Positions 58,973-64,000 of a stretch of DNA of 64,000 nt are shown piece after piece. Under the pieces are notes generated by a model. It made no database searches, was not told the origin of the DNA, and saw only the letters and a list, made by a program, of their open reading frames with translations. This DNA is from a virus. The stretch is taken from IMG/VR virus record IMGVR_UViG_3300049139_000233, positions 28,596-92,595 of that record. One strand, 5' to 3'. A program made the position numbers and the translations under genes. Within the stretch, counting starts at the first letter, position 1, and every line of letters begins with the position of its first letter.

Positions 58973-59572
58973 GTGGACCGGATATGGCGGGACTCCCGCA
59001 GCATCGATGAGCTGGGCGCGGCGATGGCCGGCTGGCTGGAGGGCCGCATCGGCTCCCGGCCCGGATACGTCCCGCACTGCGGACCGGACGAGGAGACCAC
59101 ACACCTGGTGCCGGTCCTTGCCCGGCTGAACCGGCGCGGCTGGCTCACCACCGACTCCCAGCCCGGCACGGAAGGGCCCGCGTTCGACGGCCGGCCGTGG
59201 GATCAGCGCGCCGCCGTGCAGGGCTGGATCTCCCGCCGGAACCCCTTGCTGGAGACGGTCGTCCGCCGGGCGAGGGCCGCCGGGCTCATCGTCACGGCCT
59301 ACGGCTCCGGACGCGCTGTGGGTCCCGCTCGCGGCCTGCTGGCGACCCGCTGGGGCGGTGAGCCGCACACCGGCTTCGGGGGCCGTACACGGCGCCTCCA
59401 GGCCCGCGCAGACCTGTCCGGCGCCGGACGCCACGCTCGACGCGAACTGACCCGCGACGGCGTCCTGCTCGCCGTCATCGACCCCGTCTGGGGCCGGGAC
59501 ACCGCACTCTGGGCCGCCCTGGACCGAGCAATCGGCTTCACGTACGACGACCAAGGAGCGAGGACCGCATGA
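58973..59572 (+). CDS. hypothetical protein (199 aa)
   Basis: GTG at 58973 follows GAGGAACTGAGGAAGCGAGGAGCC. Confidence 0.6.
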   Translation: MDRIWRDSRSIDELGAAMAGWLEGRIGSRPGYVPHCGPDEETTHLVPVLARLNRRGWLTTDSQPGTEGPAFDGRPWDQRAAVQGWISRRNPLLETVVRRARAAGLIVTAYGSGRAVGPARGLLATRWGGEPHTGFGGRTRRLQARADLSGAGRHARRELTRDGVLLAVIDPVWGRDTALWAALDRAIGFTYDDQGARTA

Positions 59573-59991
59573 CCGAGACCGTGATCGACACACAGCAGCT
59601 TCCTGTCTCTGCCGTTCCGGCGGCGCTGGACCGGGGCCACCTCTACAGCCCCACCCTGGACTTGACCCGGTACGCCCTGGACCCCGGGGTGGCCTACGAC
59701 TACCGCCCCGGCGACCTGTTCGAACCGATGCCCGAGGCGCCGCGCGGGGACGGCGAGGCGTTCGCCCTGTGGTGGAGGGGCACGGCGCTGGTCGAGTCGC
59801 CCGACTTCCTCGGCCTGCGCGCCGGCGACACGATCACCCTGCACAGTCTCCAAGGGGATCACTTCCCGGCGGAGGTAACGGCCACGTACCGGCACCATGC
59901 CTCCGTCCGCTACCCGTCCCCGAAGTGGACCGAGGAGCCGTACGTGCAGACGTACGTGACCCGCCGCAACTCCGACGGTCACTGGTACTGA
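59569..59991 (+). CDS. hypothetical protein (140 aa)
   Basis: ATGA overlap; GACCAAGGAGCGAGGACCGC leader lies inside the upstream gene. Confidence 0.6.
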   Translation: MTETVIDTQQLPVSAVPAALDRGHLYSPTLDLTRYALDPGVAYDYRPGDLFEPMPEAPRGDGEAFALWWRGTALVESPDFLGLRAGDTITLHSLQGDHFPAEVTATYRHHASVRYPSPKWTEEPYVQTYVTRRNSDGHWY

Positions 59992-60015
59992 GCCGGCCTA
60001 CCTGCCGGCTCACGG

Positions 60016-60042
60016 AGCCCCGACCCCTGCCGGGTCGGGGCT
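60016..60042 (+). terminator. hairpin terminator
   Basis: AGCCCCGACCC / GGGTCGGGGCT. Confidence 0.6.
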
Positions 60043-60053
60043 TCTTCGCGTCC

Positions 60054-60097
60054 GGGGTTGTCCCCTCGCAGAGCCTATGATTTAATTAAGTCATCGG
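60054..60097 (+). promoter_or_regulatory. P-box promoter/operator
   Basis: GGGGTTGTCC-N12-TATGATTTAATTAAGTCATCGG. Confidence 0.65.
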
Positions 60098-60145
60098 AAC
60101 GGCCGGCCGGCCGGAACGACGGACCAAGGAATCGAGGAACCGACC

Positions 60146-60562
60146 ATGACGAAGACCTCCCGCCTCCGCCGCCGGATCGTCCGCGAGCGCGCCGCCGCCA
60201 CCCGGTTCACCGCGTCGCTGAAGCGGGGCCGCTCGCTGGCGACGCACGCGGTCGCCGCCGGCGTGGACGCCGAGACGGCCGCCGGTGTCGCGAACGGCCT
60301 GCGCTCGGTCGCCAAGCGGATCGGCATGGAGCCCGTCAAAGTCGCCCGCACGCACCGCACGACGGAGGGCAAGGCGAGCCGGCTGCGCAAGGTGCACCAC
60401 TACAGCGCGGCCCAGGTCGCCGAGCTGCTGCGCAACTACAAGCCCCGCAAGGCGGAGTTCAAGGCGGCCGTCGTGCTGATGGTCCTGGCGCACGGCGCCC
60501 CGGTGACCGTCCGCCAGACCGTCCGCGTCCCGGCGAAGTCCCGCGAACTGGTCAACGCCTGA
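60146..60562 (+). CDS. hypothetical basic protein (138 aa)
   Basis: P-box at 60054..60097; GACCAAGGAATCGAGGAACCGACC leader. Confidence 0.6.
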   Translation: MTKTSRLRRRIVRERAAATRFTASLKRGRSLATHAVAAGVDAETAAGVANGLRSVAKRIGMEPVKVARTHRTTEGKASRLRKVHHYSAAQVAELLRNYKPRKAEFKAAVVLMVLAHGAPVTVRQTVRVPAKSRELVNA

Positions 60563-60576
60563 CCTACCGTCCCACC

Positions 60577-60600
60577 CGGGGCCGTCGACCGGCGGCCCCG
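60577..60600 (+). terminator. hairpin (weak terminator candidate)
   Basis: CGGGGCCG-tcgaccgg-CGGCCCCG. Confidence 0.35.
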
Positions 60601-60625
60601 GCCCGAACAGAGAGGAACCGACACG

Positions 60626-60865
60626 ATGGCGACCGGACCCGAGCACTACACCGAGGCCGAACGGCTGCTGAAGGGGTGCAAGAACAGCCACGGCGCCCTG
60701 GTGATCGAGGACGGGACGGCCGAAGTCCTCGCCGCTGCCACGGTCCACGCGCTGCTCGCCAACGCAGCGGCCACGGCGCTGAGCGACACGCACCCGAACG
60801 GCGAGGGCATGCCGGAACGCGACTTCAAGGAGTGGAAGAAAGCGGCGGGCACTCCCGAGTCCTGA
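60626..60865 (+). CDS. hypothetical protein (79 aa)
   Basis: AGAGAGGAACCGACACG precedes the ATG. Confidence 0.6.
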   Translation: MATGPEHYTEAERLLKGCKNSHGALVIEDGTAEVLAAATVHALLANAAATALSDTHPNGEGMPERDFKEWKKAAGTPES

Positions 60866-60950
60866 GCCCCACGTGGACGTCATCGGCTCGCAGGCCGGTG
60901 GCGCCCCCGAGGCGGCTCAGCCTCAACGACCAAGGAATGAGGAACCGATC

Positions 60951-61103
60951 ATGGCAGTGGTGTTCACAGCCCCGGCCGGCGGACCGCGCGGGTCCTGGCC
61001 TGCCGACGAGAAGGCGGCCGAGATCCGGGCTGCTGGCGGCGAAGCCGAGGTGAAGATGGACATGTCCACCGACAGCTTCCGGGTGCACGTCCCGCAGCGC
61101 TGA
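60951..61103 (+). CDS. hypothetical small protein (50 aa)
   Basis: Internal ATG at 60951 follows GACCAAGGAATGAGGAACCGATC. Confidence 0.5.
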   Translation: MAVVFTAPAGGPRGSWPADEKAAEIRAAGGEAEVKMDMSTDSFRVHVPQR

Positions 61104-61123
61104 CACGCGGACAGCAACGCATC

Positions 61124-61156
61124 TGTGCCCCGGGGTTGTCCGAGCCCTGGGGCACA
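61124..61156 (+). terminator. hairpin terminator enclosing a -35 block
   Basis: TGTGCCCC...GGGGCACA. Confidence 0.45.
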
Positions 61157-61178
61157 GGTATGATTTAGCTAAATCGAC
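61132..61178 (+). promoter_or_regulatory. P-box variant with 17-bp gap
   Basis: GGGGTTGTCC-N17-TATGATTTAGCTAAATCGAC. The -35 block sits in the loop of the hairpin at 61124..61156. Confidence 0.5.
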
Positions 61179-61222
61179 TGGCCGTTAGGCCAGAGACCAA
61201 GGAACCAGGAAAGTAGGGCCCC

Positions 61223-61687
61223 ATGACCAGCTACTCCGTGGAGAGGCCGGTACGCCGGCCCGCCGCACGGCCGTCCCGCGTCCGTCCCGGACTGGTCCAC
61301 CTGCGCCCCGGCCAGGTGACCCCGGGCACGCCGGTGACGATCCGCACTCTGGACACCGACGGCAACGAGGTGGAGTTCCCGGCCGTCTACGTCCGCCGGG
61401 ACAGCAACGGCACACACCTGCGCTGCGCCGCCGTGGACGAGAACGAAGCCCGGCGCTACCGGCCGAGCCAGGTCTTCCCGCGCCGGGAGATCTACCGCCG
61501 GTGGACCGTGACGCTCAGGCACAAGGCGATGACCCCCGACGGCGACGGCGACGAGCTGCTGCCGGTGTTCGTCTCCGCCCGCACCGAGCTGGAGGCGCGG
61601 TACGAAGCGCTGAAGCAGGTGCGCGCCCGGTTCGGCGAGCGGGCGAACCTGCGGTTCCTGCTCCACTCCGTCAAGCGGGAGGGCTGA
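61223..61687 (+). CDS. hypothetical protein (154 aa)
   Basis: P-box at 61132..61178; GACCAAGGAACCAGGAAAG leader. Confidence 0.6.
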   Translation: MTSYSVERPVRRPAARPSRVRPGLVHLRPGQVTPGTPVTIRTLDTDGNEVEFPAVYVRRDSNGTHLRCAAVDENEARRYRPSQVFPRREIYRRWTVTLRHKAMTPDGDGDELLPVFVSARTELEARYEALKQVRARFGERANLRFLLHSVKREG

Positions 61688-61689
61688 TC

Positions 61690-62196
61690 ATGGCCGTCGA
61701 CACGCTGTCACGCCGGGCGCTGCTGGAGGCGAAGAAGAACGCCGGTTACGCGCCCCGCACCAAGGTCTGGCCGCCGGACGGCTACGTCGCACCGACGGCC
61801 GAGGAGTTCGCCGGGCTGCTGCGCGTGGCCCGCAGCCACAGCAGCGGCGCGACGTACCGGAGCACCTGGGAGCGGATGGACGACGCCACGGTGCTGCGCC
61901 GGATGCAGCTCGCCGAACTGGCCCGGTTCCACGGCCGGGAGAAGACGTGGGTCTACGACTACACCCACGCGCTGCGCCAGGAGGCGAGCCGGCGCGGCCT
62001 GGTCCACCGGTCCATCGCCATCCTGCGGTGCGAGTCGTGCCACCACGCCACGGAGCGGCTGTTCGAGGCGACGCAGGAGACACACTCCGGACTGTCGAAC
62101 CGCTCGGACAACCCGGTGGACTCCGCCTGGTTCTGCGCGCGCTGCTGGAGCGGCGACGACGTGGCCGGCGAGGACGAGACGGAGGACGAGGGATGA
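61690..62196 (+). CDS. hypothetical protein (168 aa)
   Basis: Internal ATG at 61690, 2 nt after the upstream stop. Contains CESCHH...CARCW. Confidence 0.6.
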   Translation: MAVDTLSRRALLEAKKNAGYAPRTKVWPPDGYVAPTAEEFAGLLRVARSHSSGATYRSTWERMDDATVLRRMQLAELARFHGREKTWVYDYTHALRQEASRRGLVHRSIAILRCESCHHATERLFEATQETHSGLSNRSDNPVDSAWFCARCWSGDDVAGEDETEDEG

Positions 62197-63191
62197 ACAG
62201 TGCCGCCCAGGTCACCGAGATCTTCGCCGGTATCGGCTTCAGCGAGGTGCTGCGCACCCTGGGTCTGCGGAGCTGTGGCCTGGAGATGGACGCGGCCACG
62301 TGCGCGACCAGGCGGGCCGCGAAGCACCTGACGACCGAGTGCGACGTCACGCAGCACCCTACGGCTCCGTTCGCCGGAACGGAGGGGCTGATCGGCGGGC
62401 CCCCGTGCCCGCCCTTCGGCAAGTCCGGGCGGAAGCTGGGGCTCACCGACCTGCCGCTGGTCCACGAGGCGGTGGACGACCTCGCGCGGGGTGTCGACTC
62501 CCGGGCACGGCTCGGCGCCGGGTGCCTGGACCCCCGGTCCATCCTGACCGCCGAACCGGTGCGGTGGCTGTACGGCCTGCGCCCGCAGTGGGTGGTCCTG
62601 GAGCAGGTCGACAGCGTGCTGCCGGTGTGGGGGCACGTTGCGGAGATCCTGGAGCGCTGGGGCTACAGCACGGCGGCCGGCGTGCTGCACGCCGAACGGT
62701 ACGGCGCCGGGCAGTCGCGGCCACGGGCGATCCTGCTGGCGTCCCGGGTCCGCGAAGTAGCCTTGCCCGCGCCGACGCACGGCGGCCCCGGACAGCCGCC
62801 GCTGGTCGCCATGGCGGACGTCATCGGGTGGGGGTACACCCGGCGTCCCTCCCCGGCGGTGACCGGCGGCGGGGTCTACACCGGCGGAGCCGAGCCGTTC
62901 GGCAACGGCTCCCGGCAGGCCATGCGGAAGGTCATCGGCACGGACGCCTGGCAGGACCGCAGGCCGCTGTGCGGCCGGGAGCACGGCGAGCCGGACGAGC
63001 CGTGCGGGCACCTGCGGCCGTCGCTTGCGGAGTGCGCGGCTCTCCAGGGGTTCCGGCCGGACCTGGTCTTCCACGGCAAGTCCGGGCAGCAACACCTCCA
63101 GGTCGGAAACGCGGTCCCCCGCGCCCTGGCTCGCGCGGCGGTTCTCGCAGCGTCCGGGGCCGGGGAGCGGGTGCTGGAGGCGGCGGCGTGA
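62193..63191 (+). CDS. dcm: DNA (cytosine-5) methyltransferase
   Basis: ATGA overlap. Motif I EIFAGIGF, motif IV GGPPCPPFG, motif VI VLEQV, motif VIII QSRPRAILLA, motif X VGNAVP. Confidence 0.85.
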   Translation: MNSAAQVTEIFAGIGFSEVLRTLGLRSCGLEMDAATCATRRAAKHLTTECDVTQHPTAPFAGTEGLIGGPPCPPFGKSGRKLGLTDLPLVHEAVDDLARGVDSRARLGAGCLDPRSILTAEPVRWLYGLRPQWVVLEQVDSVLPVWGHVAEILERWGYSTAAGVLHAERYGAGQSRPRAILLASRVREVALPAPTHGGPGQPPLVAMADVIGWGYTRRPSPAVTGGGVYTGGAEPFGNGSRQAMRKVIGTDAWQDRRPLCGREHGEPDEPCGHLRPSLAECAALQGFRPDLVFHGKSGQQHLQVGNAVPRALARAAVLAASGAGERVLEAAA

Positions 63192-63370
63192 GCGCCGTCA
63201 CCTACCCGGCCGTCCGGTGCGACGGGCGGCCGGGCTGTTCCGCAGAGACGAACCATCCGATGGCGGCCACTGTCTCCGAGGTACGCCGGTACCGCCGGGA
63301 CGAGGGCTGGCACACTCGACCCGGCGGCCGGGACATCTGCCCCGACTGCTGGGCGGCCGGCCGCCGCTGA
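63188..63370 (+). CDS. hypothetical small Cys-containing protein (60 aa)
   Basis: GTGA overlap with the methyltransferase stop. Confidence 0.5.
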   Translation: MSAVTYPAVRCDGRPGCSAETNHPMAATVSEVRRYRRDEGWHTRPGGRDICPDCWAAGRR

Positions 63371-63395
63371 CGACGAACACGGAAGTGAGGAACCG

Positions 63396-63731
63396 ATGCC
63401 GCATCACCACCAGACGACCGAGAACTTCGACCCGGGTTGTCCACACTGCCGCGAGGAGACGGCGCGGTACTGGGCCGACGTGGAGTCCTGGAAGCTGCGC
63501 ACGGCCGCCGAGATGGCCACCGACGGCACCGGACGCATCTCCCCGTCGGCGTTGATGCGCCGGCTGAGCCAGGACCACGGCGTCCGGGTCACGTTCGAGG
63601 AGTCGCAGACCCTGCTCGGAAAGCTGGAGACCGCTGGCGTGGTCGGCCCTGTCGACCCGCGTAAGCACGCGCACCTGGTTCTGATGGATCGGGTGCAGGC
63701 TCTGTCCGCGCTGGGCCTGCCGGTCGTCTGA
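63396..63731 (+). CDS. FtsK-gamma-like winged-helix DNA-binding protein
   Basis: CPHC near the N-terminus. ISPSALMRRLSQDHGVRVTFEESQTLLGKLETAGVVGPVD resembles the FtsK gamma domain. Confidence 0.5.
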   Translation: MPHHHQTTENFDPGCPHCREETARYWADVESWKLRTAAEMATDGTGRISPSALMRRLSQDHGVRVTFEESQTLLGKLETAGVVGPVDPRKHAHLVLMDRVQALSALGLPVV

Positions 63732-63747
63732 GCGACTGAACAGCACG

Positions 63748-63789
63748 ACGACGAAGCCCCGGCGCCTGCGCGGCCCGGGGCTTCGTCGT
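63748..63789 (+). terminator. hairpin terminator (GCCCCGGCGCC family)
   Basis: ACGACGAAGCCCCGG-cgcctgcgcggc-CCGGGGCTTCGTCGT. Confidence 0.7.
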
Positions 63790-63793
63790 GCCC

Positions 63794-63840
63794 GGGGTCT
63801 TGCGCTGCACCGCCGTGAAGTGCTTTAGTTAAATCACTGC
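63794..63840 (+). promoter_or_regulatory. P-box promoter/operator
   Basis: GGGGTCTTGCGC-N12-AAGTGCTTTAGTTAAATCACTGC. Confidence 0.55.
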
Positions 63841-63866
63841 ACGACAGACCAAGGAAGCGAGGAACC

Positions 63867-64000
63867 ATGGACGCGACGACGAACCTGCCGGCCGACTTCT
63901 CCCCGGTGGCCGAGGCGGAGCGCATCACCCGGCTGCACGCGGCGGCCCGCCTGCTGGAGGACCCCCGGTGGAGCCGGCAGCGCGCAGCGCTGCTCCGGGC
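63867..64000 (+). CDS. hypothetical protein, 5' part only (runs off window)
   Basis: P-box at 63794..63840; GACCAAGGAAGCGAGGAACC-ATG. Confidence 0.5.
   Translation, partial: MDATTNLPADFSPVAEAERITRLHAAARLLEDPRWSRQRAALLR

Overview
High-GC actinobacteriophage-type DNA (Streptomyces-like; GC not computed). It looks temperate, with a tyrosine integrase, an Xis-like HTH protein and an XRE regulator. The window is densely coding and forms two divergent arms that meet at a control region near 34539-34766. Positions 1-34538 are almost all minus strand. This arm carries MuF/protease, portal, an accessory/lysogeny island, terminase, a lysin, a 7-deazaguanine DNA-modification operon, a block of small genes and a giant replicase. 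Positions 34767-64000 are plus strand. This arm carries a helicase, a recombination nuclease, an SSB-like gene, a TraB/FtsK-like translocase module, many one- to three-gene cassettes, sugar-modifying enzymes and a C5 DNA methyltransferase. Many long ORFs in the supplied track are off-frame high-GC artefacts rich in Arg/Pro/Gly/Ala. I chose real genes by amino-acid composition, recognisable motifs, ATGA/GTGA start-stop coupling and a conserved leader. Several true starts are internal to the track ORFs. One real gene (1..1833, minus) is missing from the track because it runs off the window edge. I found no rRNA, canonical tRNA or CRISPR array. Abbreviations: P-box = composite promoter/operator GGGGTTGYSC-N12-TATGATTTAATTAAGTCATCG; SAS-like leader = GACCAAGGAA-N-GAGGAA just upstream of start codons. 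The most noteworthy observations are: (1) a phage-borne two-gene graspetide RiPP cassette (precursor plus microviridin-type ATP-grasp) at 5094-6494; (2) at least 24 P-box copies, a start-associated leader motif and a family of near-identical terminators, which together divide the genome into cassettes; (3) two dense GGGACA/TGTCCC arrays (one intergenic, one inside a gene) and a CTGAC array flanking a TraB/FtsK-like translocase; (4) a ParB-like / two tandem DpdA paralogs / QueC-QueD-QueE-FolE operon; (5) a 418-bp lower-GC structured non-coding leader upstream of the SSB-like gene; (6) a 1081-aa ORF that appears to be three genes fused by loss of one ATGA junction; (7) tandem HExxH peptidase paralogs next to a stand-alone RapZ C-terminal-domain homolog.
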